From Raillietiella orientalis (taxonomy: Eukaryota), in assembly GCA_036172245.1 (NCBI GenBank), contig JAYWIR010000007.1, forward strand, positions 372,001-436,000: 64,000 nt of DNA, given 5' to 3'. The notes beneath the pieces were generated by a model. That model was not told where the DNA came from, searched no databases, and worked only from the letters and a program-made list of their open reading frames with translations. Below are positions 34,481-46,800 of this stretch, piece by piece; position 1 is the stretch's first letter; every line of letters starts with the position of its first letter. A program made the translations under genes and the position numbers.

Positions 34481-37469
34481 GTACGTGGCGCCGCCAGGCG
34501 AGCACCTTTATCCCTTTTCCATGGTCCGCACGGACGCTTGCGCCTTCCTCCTCCCTCCCTCTCCTCTCCCCCCCGTCCTCCGCCTCCTCCTCCCCGTGAC
34601 ATCAGCAACACCGCCGCATAGGTTCGTTGGCCGGCTGGAGAAGCGCCTCCTCGTCCAGTGGGCCGGTAGAGCTTCTTGCGCGCACCTCGGGCGAAAGCGC
34701 GCTCCCGCAGCAGCACCGCTTCCGTCTGCCGGAGCCTTGAAGGCCGACGATCAACGAGGATGAACTCTGAGGCGAGAGGAACGAAAAGGGAGATTGCCTC
34801 TCCGCTCTCATCCCAGCCCACCTCTCTCACTCTGCCTCTCCCCTCCCCCCCCGGGCAAGGCCCGAGCAGGCGCTTCCTGGCAGTGTCTTCTTCTCTCCCT
34901 CCGTACCTGGCGAGGTAGGGTGACTAGAGCGGCAGAATGATCATCCCGATTCCCTCTCCCCTTTTGGGAAGAGAAACTGCCATCAGCAAGCCATCCGGAA
35001 AGCTACGGAGGGGGCGACACCTCCCGCCCTCGTCGTTCCTCCTTCCCCCGAGCAAAAGCGGTTGTGCAGAACTGACGGGACCTGTTCCGGGCAGTCGAGC
35101 TCCAGGAGGTGAACAGGAACGTGATACTCCTTCTCCCTTCCCTGCTTTTCCCCTCTCTTCCCTCCTCCCCCAGATTTTTCTGTCGGAAAAAGGGAGGGAG
35201 GGAACCCGCCGGCGCGGGGTAGAGCCGGGCGGCGGCGAGGAGGCAGAAGGGAGAAAGCTGCATCCCCGAATCGCTCCAGGATTGCCGCTGGTCGGAATCT
35301 CCGCGGTGGGGCCCTGCAGCAGCGGCAGGCCCGGAAGAGGAAGAAGCCCTTCCGGGTACCTCCAAAGGCCTCTTGCACGGGTAGCGGCGCCCTTGCTCGC
35401 TGCTCCTCCCGGAAGGCGATGCCTTCGATCCGCTCTTTAAGAATTCCACCGCACACGGGCTGGAAAGTCGTCGGACTGTCGCACACGGTCCGCGCGTTGC
35501 GCGGCAACGGGAGCAAACAACGGGGGGGGCAGCTACAAATTAGCTCACTGCAGCATCAAAAATGCTAGTGGCAGGCATGGTTTTTTTTTTTTTTGCTTTC
35601 CTTTTTTTTTTTTCCTGTATTTTTCGCGCATACCTAATGGGATGTCTCGCATACGTTTATGATTCATACGCGTACGCGTACGATGTCACACGAGCGCGCG
35701 CACACAAAGTCTCATACACCAAAGGGCACGAAGATTTATTGCATTTTGTCCTTGCGTGTTACTCGAGACATTGGGAAACCGCATTACGTGAGAACGGGAT
35801 GGCTGCCTTCCATTCCGTACACCCGGTTCAGTATGCTGCATCCTCTCCGGAGCGAAGCCAGAGTCATGTCCGGGGGGGGGGGGGAATTAAAAGTGTCAGG
35901 CAGTTGGTTCCTCGAAGGAACGTTGGCAAGGAGGTCAGCGATCTGACATGCAGGGAAACAAAGTCGTTCGCTGCGAGCTGGCAACCCTGCGAGCGTAACT
36001 TCGAACGGACCACCTCCTCCTCACGCTCGCGAGGCTGTCTGCCAGGCGCGAATTCATTTGACAGTCTTTCGCAATCTTCGGAAGAAGCACCAAATCCATC
36101 AGCTCCCGTTTGCGGTTGACGGTTCGTTTGAACGGGAGAGGGGATGGGGGCAGTGAGACGAGACGATCGCTTGAGAGGAAGACGTGGCTGGTAGTCGGAG
36201 TGGATCGATCAGCATAAGAGTACGGGACGGACGAGCCGTCTCCAGCTGCGCGCCACGAGAGACCTCGGTGCCGGACAACAGGATGTGCCACCCCGACTCC
36301 GAGCCCCTCGTCACCGACCTTCGCCCTCGGTTCCCTGTGTTTCTCCCCGATGACCTCAAACAGCTTTTCAGCAAAAAGAGCTTCTACCTTGCGATGCGGA
36401 AGCTGACGTTCGAGGAGGGATGGCAGCAGACAACGGAACACATTCCACCTCTCCACGGGGAACAAATGGGAAGACGGGAGCGAGCTTTCTTCCCGGCTGC
36501 TGTTGGCGTGCTTTTTCGGGAGAAGACAGGTCCCACCCTATTCTCTTTCCACGTTTCGTCGTATCCCTAGAACTCGTAAGCGTCCGTTTCGCCTGAAGCT
36601 TGAAGTTGCGGGTTCTCTCGCGCCTTCCACAAAGCGTAGGGAAAGTGAGAAGTGCAAGTCCAAGTGTCCGTTCTGGTCCGACTTATTGTACTGCCTCTGG
36701 GTCTCCAAGAAACTCCCTTTTGATTCTGGGGGGGTTGCCTCGCACCGCGTCCGTTCGACGTTTCCTCAGCCTTCTCTTTTTCTGGCAAACCACGCGCTTC
36801 TACGGTCTAATTTTCGCTCCGCATGATCTCTAGCAGGAAAGAGCAAGGAGCGCATGCTCCAGGCACCTGAAGAGGATCTCGACCTCTGCAAAAGTTTGAG
36901 TGGGCGGAGTTGAGAAAGGAAGTGAAAACGTGAGTCTAGGAACCGCGACTCTTCTTGGAAAGTCTACGAGTTCTGTGGACAGTTCTGGATGCGGATCCAC
37001 GCTTGCGGGGAAAGTCGCACTGTCACAACTCTTTGGTCTTTATTGACCGTAGGGCGACAGAATTCCGTTGGACGAAGCATCCCCGGCGTTTGAACGACAT
37101 GATCTGCTTTAAATCGGTAGTTCTTTCGCCCCCTTCTCTCGCAACACTTATGCATCGCCAGTTGTGGTGCTCCAGGGTGCGTTCCCCTTCGGAGACTCGT
37201 TCTCGGTTGAAGAGTCGGGCGAAACGAATACCAGGAAAAGAACGACGACAGCGTCGAAAATCGGCGTCTGGATCACTGGAGTGTGCCGCCCTTTTTCTTT
37301 CCTGGGCTGGAAGAGGTCCGCGTACGATAAGCTGGTGCTCACCTGGCTGGCGGGTAAGGATTGCGATAGAGGAAGGACGTCTTCTCCCCATAAAGGGAAG
37401 TGAAATGTCACTGAGTTCATTCATCTTCATTGGTTTCTTCTCGGCAATCTGGGTCCCCCCTCTGCAATC

Positions 37470-38660
37470 TCCACCTACGCACCTCGTGAAGCTTCGAATT
37501 GCATTGCTAATCATCGATGGAATACCGAAATAAGCTCCGATTCTCGAGACTGGGATGCTGGGTTGTTGAGAGATTCCCTTTTTCTTGATACCCGTACAGA
37601 TGTTTTTGAAGAACTGCCACCATGTCTTCGGCTCGAGATCCTCCATTTGAACCCCACTTCCGGATGAGGAACATGCGACATCAAAGCGACCTTCCGCGAG
37701 TTCAAATTTCTCACCCGTACTGTTTTCAGAAGCCTTCGTACGGTCCCACCATTTCTCCTGGTAGATTCTTGCCTTTTGCGAGCCTCCGGGATTCATAGTC
37801 TTTTCCATTCAGGTGAATCGATGAACATAGCATTCTGGAAAGCACGGACCTTTTTGGTCAAACATTTCTTCAGGAAATGCGAGCAGGGGACGACACACTC
37901 ATGGTCAATATGTCTGCGTTCACTTGCGCAGATGCTCCAGGCTGTTCCTACTTGACAGTAGACACATCTTGATCTGAGACGGTACTGCAAAATTGGAAGG
38001 AAAAAACGAAAGTAGCCCGTGGCATGCCTCCAAGACTTGATTTTCATTGTCGAGGAAACTGACCATAAGGAAAGTCAGTCAAGTGCATGTCCCGACAATT
38101 GAAGAGAACTTCTGAAAGATGACTGAGTGGGCGAGGAGAGAAGGACTGGAAGTGAAAATGTGGGCCTTGGGACCTTTCGTTGATGGCCTCAAGCACTAAC
38201 GCCATCCTCCTCTGGAAGTCATGATGCTGAGCTCTGGAAAGCAACATCGGGCATGGCGACGAGCTCTCGACGACGGTTGGGCATCTCTGGTGCCAGCGAA
38301 CAATGTTGCTATGCTGCATTGCCTCAGGGAAAGCCGCAGGACCTGGGATTTCGGCTTTCCCATCCGAGTCGATGAAGGCGAAGTTCTGTTGAACCCTGGG
38401 AGGGGACAAAGAAACTGGGAGAAGCAGGAGGCGAGCTGAAAGCAACTGGATTGTACACTGCTTTGTTCCATTCGCATCCAATGCTGTTGGAAAGCGCAAC
38501 TTTCCGAGAGCGCCTCCGGAGATCTTTTCCTTGAGAGCAGAAGAGAAGCGGATTGCCAGATGCAGTCGTCCAGTCAGCCCAGCTGCGAGGTGCTGTGCTG
38601 CAGACACGTATGTTAGTGCTCGTCCTTTCAGATGAGCACAAGATATGAAAGCTTCCCTTC
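37470..38660 (-). mobile_element. Putative heavily decayed DIRS/Ngaro-like tyrosine-recombinase retrotransposon remnant in Kv2 intron
   Basis: Lower-GC, higher-complexity block with chained minus-strand ORFs. Degenerate motifs are collinear: LTGRLHLAIRF (RT thumb-like), FIDSDG and SSPCPMLLS..RRMAL (RNase H-like), then RTK......G....L.....DV.C and PKT..QF...I...I...GI........SRIGA..GIP (tyrosine recombinase C-terminal box-like). Matched by eye only. Confidence 0.42.
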
Positions 38661-40906
38661 ATCTTTTTGATGGGAAAACATCGCTCTTAAATTCTTCCCG
38701 TTCCCCTGCTCCTCTCTCACTTGGGAGTGCCGAGCGCCACGCTAGTACGCCTGTGTGGACTACTGCGGGAAAGCTGCGGTGACTCCCGCGACCTGCTCTC
38801 TCGGCTCAAGTCTAGCTGTTCCTCTCCGTTTCGGATCGCGTGCGATGACTTGCAAAGTCTCTCGGGGAAAAAGGAAAGCAGGCGCGCTCCAGAAGAGATC
38901 CAGCGTCTCTGGAGGAGAAGCTGGATCTCTCGTTGCAGATCAGAGTAATCGTTGTCGGTCGTCGGTAGCTCACGAGACTATCCAAACTATCAGAGGAGGA
39001 AGATGCATGGGTCTGTGTGGCTCATTCGTGGTTCTCGGGAGATACGATCGAAGGCGCGTGGGCTCTCAACTGAAGTTGCTTCATCCCTTTGGTGCAGTGG
39101 AGCTTTGACTTTGAAGCAAGTTAAGAAGAAACTTCATCTTGCTCTTTGACTGGAAACTGGCGGACCAGAAGGGCGGCTCGAAGAGGGAGTTTCGGGTGGC
39201 GCGCAGGTCCTGAAATCGGGGTAGGCGGTGCGCGGGCCGATGGAAACGCCGTGTTGCGCACGGAGGAGGGTTTCCAAGAGAACCCTTCCTGCACGGGAAC
39301 GAGAAAAGAGGCCGAAAATGTACCTTTCGGTTCGTCTTTTCGTTTCCATTCCTTGTTCTCTCTCTCCCTCTCTTTTTTTTTTTTTGGCTCGGGATGCGAC
39401 CGTCGCCACCCGGCTCGAACGCGCCGCAGCCGGGAACGCGCCATAAATAGAGAGCGGGGGACGGAGAAAACCCTCTGCAGAGGGAGGAGGAGGCCCCTGC
39501 AGGCAGAGATCTCCAAGGCGAAGAGGACAGCAACGACGCGGGCGCGGACGGGCACCTCGCGGCATAGGACGGGGCGTGCGCGCCCCCTCTTCCCTTTCAT
39601 CCCTAGGATCCGGGAGGCGCGCGTCTGGGAGACGTGAAAGTAATGAATATTGATTGGAGCGGGCGCGCTCGCCGCAGCGTGCAGACGAACGGGCACCACG
39701 GCAAGGAGCAGCGAATCTTTCATTTCAGAGGATCGCCGCCTCCGTCCAAGAAATTCGGGTAATTGATTCAAAGTGAGTGATGCGATGGGAGCAACGGATG
39801 CTGGAGCGAAAAAGGAAGAAAAAAAAAGATTAATTAAATTTTGGGGGAGCGGAATTGAGACGAGCGTGTTCCCCCCTCTCCGCGTGCAGTCATCGATTCC
39901 AAGGAACAACTTTTTTTCCTCTCCCTTCCTCCTCCTCCCCCTCCGCGCGAAGGCATTACCTAGCAACACGCGTGAACACCGCGAAGGGACGAAGCCGCCG
40001 CGAGCGCATCGTCGGGCAGAATCTTCCCCCCCCCCCCGCTTCCCCCACTCTCCGTGCGTTCCCGGGAATGCCGGGCAGGCACGCAGAGACGTGACCCGCG
40101 GTCGATGCGATCGTTACGGGAGAGCGTGTGAGCCGTCGCCGTCGTGTCACGCGCGTGCGTGCGTCCGTCCGTCCCGTCCGTGCTACTGCAGGGCGGACCT
40201 TCCCCCTTCCCCGCGCACTTGAAGCTCATCGTCCCCGATGCGCCTTCTGCCAAGGATGCGCCTTCTGACCTGCCCTCACGTTGCCGTTAGGGACAGGGCG
40301 ATCAGGCGGCACGAGCGTCGCCGCGTCCGGTGGAGGGCAGGAGGATCTCCTGCCTCTTGGCTGACCGCACTGGGAGGGTGACTCCTCCTGATGCAGAGCC
40401 CCTTCTTTTCCAGGACAGGACGCGCGAGAGGGCGGTGGCGACAACGTCCGCTGCTTTCTTTCCCTTTTCCGGTCCTCCAGCTCGATGGAGCCGAGTGCCA
40501 CGCAGAAAGGGTACATTCTCTTCTCCGGAAGAAGGTCCTTCAAACTTCCGGGAACCTTGCGGGCCGGTCCCCCGATTCATCCCGGCACTTCCCTCCTTCC
40601 CCTCTTCCTCTTCCTCCCCGAGCGCTTATGGGCCAGGGAGAAAGAAGGGACGGGCATCGCCTACGGGCAGGTCTTCCCGCGGAGTGCGGTCGGGAGCCGG
40701 TGGGCGGGAGCAGGGGAAGCTTCAGCGTCCGCCTCCCTCTCTTTGCAAAGGCGGAAGACCGGGGGGAGGCTTGAAAGGACGACGGAGCCCTCCCGCGCAC
40801 AGGCTTGCTTGCAGGGTGTCCGGGGGAGGCTCCTAGCGCAGTCCCCCCCTTCCCTCCCGCAGCATCGGCAGCACCAGCGCGTCCCCACTCCTCCTTCGCC
40901 CCCCAG

Positions 40907-41750
40907 GTGCTGGCGGTCATCTCCATCCTGTTCATCGTGCTGTCCACGATCGCCCTGGTGCTCAACACGATCCCCGGGCTGCAGGAGAAGGACCGGTTCG
41001 GCAACGCCATGGACAACCACAACCTGGCTATGGTGGAGGCCGTGTGTATCACGTGGTTCACCCTGGAGTACGCCCTGCGGTTCGTGTCGGCGCCCAACAA
41101 GTGGAAGTTCTTCAAGGGCGCCATGAACGTCATCGACCTGCTGGCCATCCTGCCGTACTTCGTCTCGCTCTTCCTCATCGAGTCCAACAAGCACACGGAC
41201 CAGTTCCAGGACGTGCGCCGGGTGGTCCAGATCTTCCGCATCATGCGCATCCTGAGGATCCTGAAGCTGGCGCGGCACTCGACGGGGCTGCAGAGCCTGG
41301 GCTTCACGCTGCGCAACTCCTACAAGGAGCTCGGCCTGCTGATGCTCTTCCTGGCCATCGGCGTCCTCATCTTCTCCAGCCTGTGCTACTTCGCCGAGAA
41401 GGACGAACCCGGGACGCTGTACACCAGTATCCCGGACACCTTCTGGTGGGCCATGATCACCATGACGACCGTCGGGTACGGCGACATCTTCCCCAACACA
41501 CTCCTGGGCAAGCTGATCGGCGCGGTGTGCTGCATCTGCGGCGTCCTTGTCATCGCCCTGCCCATCCCCATCATCGTCAACAACTTCGCTGAGTTCTACA
41601 AGAATCAGATGCGACGGGAGAAGGCCCTCAAGAGGAGGGAGGCCCTGGAGAGGGCCAAGCGAGAGGGATCCATCATGTCCTTCCACGGCATCAACCTGAG
41701 GGACGTCTTCGCAAAGAGCATGGACGTGGGCAACCTCGTCTCCGACACGG
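40907..41750 (+). CDS. Shab: Shab/Kv2 coding exon 2 (S1-S6, pore, proximal C-terminus)
   Basis: ccccag|VLAVISILF...; S4 [14 protein letters not shown]; filter TMTTVGYGD; Kv2-type PIP in S6; [19 protein letters not shown]; donor G|gtgagc after DT. Without splicing the frame ends at 41875. Confidence 0.96.
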
Positions 41751-43822
41751 GTGAGCGCCGCCCCCCCTTGTGGTGGGGAAGAGGGGAAGAAGAGAGCAGC
41801 AGTGGGCCGCGGACAAAGCTCCTCTCGATCCCGCGCGGGCGTCTGGGGGGTTTTCGGGGTCCGAGGTGCGACTGAGGGGAGGTCACAGGAAGCCGGCCCT
41901 GAACGGATGGGGGGAAGGAGGAGAACCCTCTTTTCGATCCCGTCCCAGCCTCGTTGGAGAGATGACTGTTCGGTGGCGGCTCCCGGAGATCGCCTTCCCG
42001 CTCTCACCCAGGAAGTTCCACCTGCTGCCGGGAGAGGTGGGCACAGAGATGGCGCCTCCCGACAGGAAGGGACATGCTGCCCTTCCTCCCGAACGAGCCC
42101 GCCGCGTGCCATCCGAGAAGCAGGGGGAAACAAGGACGGACACTCCCCGTCCTCTTCCCGGGTGGGACGCGTCTCCCTGCAAGGCCGGTTCCCGGTCGCT
42201 GGAAGCGCGCGCTCTCGGGAAGAGAGGGAGTCCCAGAAAAGGGAGGAGGGAAACCTGCCAGTGCGTCCCTCTCTCCTCTCTGGTCGCCAGGAGGTTGAAA
42301 CTCCTCCATCCGCTACCTCGGACGGGGTGGCAATGCGAGCGCCGTCCGCTCTCGCGTGCCGACGAGGTACGCGAGAGCTTCTGCGGGCGACCCCGAGCGT
42401 TTCGACCTTTTCCTCCCGGCACTCGGTTGCGCATCCAACGGGCGGCACCACTGTCGCCCCCTCCCGCCGCCTGCAGGCAGGGAGCGGCGGGACGCTCGCT
42501 CCTCGCCCGGAGGCGACAGTGTGGACCATCGTCCCCCCCCTCGCTACCACCCTCGAAGGAAGGTTGACCCTGCCGGGGAGCATCTTTTCGAGCCACCTCG
42601 GTTCGCGCAACTCCCCCGAGGGGTTGGCGACCGCCATAGAGGTACCGATGGGTCCCAGGTGCACCTCAGGAAAGCGCCGTCCTACAACCCTACCCGACCC
42701 CCTTCTCGCTCTCTGGGATGCCCTAGGGACCGCGGAGGGGTTCCCCGCGAGGAGGCTGGAAGTCCAGGAGAAGAGACAGAAGAAGGGGGAGGGGTCGACG
42801 CGGCCACCGTGTCAAACCCCGACCCAGTTTGGGTGCGCCTTTGCAAGCTCGGAGTACTCAGAAGACCCAGGACTGCCCCTCATGGGGGATTGCGGAGGGA
42901 GGATGCGGTGGGTCTCGCGCGGGGCAGCCATCCAGCCGCCGACGGAAGGATGGGCCAGCTTACTTCGCCCGCCCAGGGCTGGCCAACTCGGGAAAAACTC
43001 CTACCGTCCGGGAGTCATAGCACCGCTCCCGCCCTTCTGCTCCCTGGCCGTCCGGATTGCCCAGCTACCGCGCCTCCCCGTTGCCCTCTTCCCGTTTTTT
43101 CAGTTCTTCCCTGTTCCTCCCGTTTTCCCCTCCTCTCCCAGAGCTTCGGCGCGCCCCGGCGTACCCGGGTGGTAACCCAGAGCTTCGTCGACGTGGCGGG
43201 AGTCTCCCGGGAGGTCTCTGGGCGTTCTCCCTTTTCCTCCCGTCTCCTTCCCTTCGGGAAAGGGAGGGAGGCCCGGGACGCTTTCGGGCTACCGGTCACG
43301 TGGACGTCGCCATTTTTCGCCAGACGGGCTCGGGAGAGGAGCGGGGCTTCCGCCTTCCCGCCGCGGACGGCGGTCGCTACCGACAATGCGGAGGCGTACC
43401 CGCCCTTTTGGCCCTTCCTCTTCCCGGAGAGGGTCTTCCGACGAGACCCTGCCCTCGCTTTGGGGCCGTACCTTGGCCCTCTCCTCTCCCAGAAGTGATC
43501 CGCGTCTTCCCGGGCGCATCCTCGCCCGCCCCCTCTCGGAAAGCGGACCCGTGGGAGCGATCTGACCCGATCTCGACGCAGGCGCGCGAACCAGGCCGTC
43601 ACCACCCTTGAGGCTCGCCGGGTGGGCTCAGCGGCTGGCCCGCTTCCCGGTCACTACCCGCGGGGCGTATCGTTGATCGCGCCGTCGCGCTGCGGCTGAG
43701 CCGAGCGGAGCGACTCGCGCGCCATCGCGGGCGGAAGGGAAACCAACCCCAACGAATGGGTGGCAAAGCGGCGGGCGGGTACGGGAACAGCGAAATCCGT
43801 CCGGGAGAGAGGGGGAAAGAGA

Positions 43823-43886
43823 AATAAATAAACGAGTACATGGGCGACTACATAAGCAATCGGCAAGCGAATAAATAGAGAATAAA
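43823..43886 (+). terminator. Cluster of four AATAAA hexamers; candidate polyadenylation region for Kv2
   Basis: AATAAA at 43823, 43827, 43870 and 43881 in an A-rich island about 2 kb after the pore exon. Confidence 0.3.
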
Positions 43887-44340
43887 TGAAATGAAACCGA
43901 ACGCACGAACGAACTACGTAAATCGACGGCTCAGCAAGTGGCCACGCAAGTGGATGGGTAGACAAACGGCGCCTCGGCGTCAGGTCAAGTGCGTGATCAG
44001 GCGAGAGCTCCCGCTGCATGCAGGGAAACGGGAGATTCCGGGTGCCTCGTTTCTCCAGGAGGGCGGGATGTCCGCCATCCGCTGCCCCTCTGGCACGTGC
44101 GCGCCCTCTGCGGAAGGGTCGCCGGGCGCCTCCTTAACCCGCGAGCGACGCAGGGTAGCGCCCTGCCACATGCAACGCTCGCACGATTCTGCGCCCCCCT
44201 TACCCCCCTTCCCCCTCCAGACGGAGTTGCGCGCACCCCTGCCGGGCAGAGTCTGCTTCCCTTTGGAGACCCGCGCGCGCAAGAACGACCCGGACTGACA
44301 CCTCGCGATCGGACAGCTGACGTCGGGGGCGGGTGGTTCC

Positions 44341-44625
44341 GGGGCAGAGTTGGCGCTTCACACGCGGCGGTGGCGGCTTGACCAGAGTCCCCCGGACTCC
44401 CGAGAGCAGCCTCGCCGACGCCGCGGGCGGGCGGGCGGACCGTCTCTCAGGGAGGCGGAAAAGCCCCCACCCGGTCCGCTCGGGCCCACTGCGACCGCAG
44501 ACCGCTCTTCCAACTGCGAGCAGAGCGTCCGCAGCCGTTGTCGGGGAAACGCGCGCTTTGTTGCGCGCTGGGGAACTTTGCCGGGAGCGTCTCTCCCGTG
44601 CCCGCCGCGGGCGAGGTCCCTCCCC
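44341..44625 (+). repeat. Left arm of diverged inverted duplication (partner 46648-46994)
   Basis: 44341-44374 matches the reverse complement of 46961-46994 at 31/34, followed by further collinear gapped blocks. Confidence 0.8.
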
Positions 44626-45108
44626 TGAGCAAGCGAGGAACGCATCCCTGCGTCGGGAGGCAGAACGCGTGCAGTTTCCTCGCCTTCCTGGGGCCCCACC
44701 CTAACGAACCCGCCAATCTGCACCCAGGCCGAGCAGCCAATCAGAATCGACGTCCACCCCGTTCGAAGTTTTGTTTCGGGCCGCTGCGGCCGCTCCACGC
44801 GGTCGGTTCTCCTCCTCTCCGCTACGATCCCTCGGCGCCTCGCTCGCGGCGAGAGGCCGTTCCCAGCGCCTGGACGGCGGACCCGGAGGAGCCCGGCGCG
44901 CGTCTCCGAGAGGACGGGAAAGCCCTGCGGCGGGGAGCATCTCTTTCCGGCATGGCGCGGAAGTCGCACGAGGGAGACCCTCGTCCGGCGAGGACGCGTT
45001 CCGAGAGCGCGCCGGACGCGCGCACCGTCGGCTCGGATGGCTCTCGAACGGTGCCAGCGCGCGCGCGCGTCTCATCCGGCAGGTTCTCCTGGACCTGGAC
45101 CTCTGCGC

Positions 45109-45575
45109 GTACACACGCGTTTCAGGAACGTACACACGTTGCGTACACGTGCACACAAACAGTGCACACAGTACGCACGCATATTCTGCTTACATATGTG
45201 TATGCAAACTTACCGATATTTGCATACGTATGTACACGTGTACATACGCACACATTGTACATATACCTTATTGTTTGCGCTTACAAACTTACCCGTGTGC
45301 TTGTATATCTGTGCACACGTGCATAAAATACATGTACATCACATTGCTAAGTCTGTATATGCGTGCAGAGTTAACAGCATGAATATATATGTGTGTGTGT
45401 GCACACATACATGTGTACGAATGTTCAGATGATTTTGTTGATCCTTGTGCATGCACATGTGCATTCATACGTACGTATCGATGAATTTGCATACACCTGC
45501 GATATGTGTGCATTGCGTGTGTCCATACACAAAAGTGTGTGTGTTACCAGTGTGTATATACGTGTGCACGCGTAT
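45109..45575. repeat. AT-richer cryptic alternating purine-pyrimidine (CA/TA/TG) low-complexity tract
   Basis: Dense tacaca/tgtgta/gcatac words; perfect 22-bp palindrome at 45227-45248. Confidence 0.8.
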
Positions 45576-46150
45576 GGGCAGCAGCCTCGAGCAAAGGACT
45601 CCCTGGAGAAGTGTCCGCAAACACGAAGCAGGTCGATACGGGTGGGGGGTGGGGGTGCGCAAGACCTGCGAGCCCTGCCATCGCTCGGACATTTCATCCT
45701 GGGTCGCAGTTTCGCCACAGAACGCCCCTCCCCGCAAGCGGCGGGCACGCCAGGCGCTTCGCGGAAGATGGGAACCGGAAGTGGTGCCTCTCGCGCGGCG
45801 TAGCGTGGGCTCCGAGGTCGCTTGGACGCGTCGTTTCCAGAGGCGCGCGCGGGCTGCGGTGCCGAGACGGTCTCCCAGCGACGGTCCTGCAGCGCGCGCG
45901 ACCTCCTCTCCGCAAGGTTTCTCTGGATGAGTGGACGCCGCCTCGGTGGGATCCCTCACGGCGATGTGTCGCGACCAGGGGCTGCTTTGCAGCGCGAGAT
46001 CGGGAAACGCGCGGGTGTGTGGGTGGAGGAACCCCTTTCTTCCTTCCGAAAAGCGCCTCGCGAGGAAGAGCGCTACGCCGGAAAGCTCCCTTCCAAGACA
46101 GCTGCCCTCTGCCGGAGCGCGTGTAGTAGGTCGGACGCGGCTCGGAATCA

Positions 46151-46291
46151 CCGCCACCTCCGTCATTGTTGCTGCCGTCACCATGGTTGCCTTCGCTTCG
46201 CACGGGAAGGGGGGGGGGAGCACGTCGGACGCACTCCTCAGCCGCCCGCCACCTCCGTCATTGTTGCTGCCGTCACCATGGTTGCCTTCGC
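46151..46291. repeat. Exact 46-bp direct repeat (46151-46196 and 46246-46291), period 95
   Basis: ccgccacctccgtcattgttgctgccgtcaccatggttgccttcgc occurs twice; both copies are preceded by gtcggacgc. Confidence 0.92.
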
Positions 46292-46389
46292 GCACTGAGG
46301 CAAGGCTCCGTCCGAACTTGGAATCCGCTGGCGCGCTCCTCCGGACTTTCGTCCTGGTTCCTCTGGCAGCGGCAGCGGGAAGCCTCGGA

Positions 46390-46800
46390 TCATTCAGGAG
46401 TGGACAGGAAAGACCACACCACAAAAGTAGATTAGCCATAGCAAAGGAGCAGATATTGAGCACCCTCGTCAACCCCAGCGCCTCGCGGGGGTCGACCTCG
46501 TCAACCCTGCGACGAAAGGGAGCCCAATTATCAATCCTTAATGAAGTGGATAAATCGGGAGCGAACGGCATCTCTCTCGTAAAGACCTCTCCCCCCTCCC
46601 ACACACGCGCGCTCCCCTTCCCCCGAAGACTGGACACTCGGCAAAACTGGAGAGCGACCGCACGCCCACTGCTGGCAGGACCTGGACGCGTTGGGAGAAC
46701 ACACCCTGGATGCTGCGGTCCGCCAGCGGCGATCGCCTGCAGCCCGCCGGTTTGCGTTTGGGATGAGCCCAAACGGACTGTATGGGAGTTTTCCGCCGCC
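46390..46800 (-). mobile_element. Possible decayed DIRS-type reverse transcriptase N-terminal fragment
   Basis: SPFGLIP (46759-46779), then after a frame change D....FR........R..LGL and AMANLLLW, in the order expected for DIRS RT. No intact YxDD. Weak, matched by eye. Confidence 0.22.

Noticed and set aside
37793..38047. ATGA-coupled ORFs as a prokaryotic or viral operon (horizontal transfer)
   Set aside because: No Shine-Dalgarno pattern noticed and no recognisable bacterial proteins; a decayed retroelement or chance explains it better.
40661..42664. 667-aa minus-strand ORF (also 40540-41316)
   Set aside because: Antisense shadow of the G/C-ending codons of the Kv2 pore exon plus GC-rich intron; no domain features.
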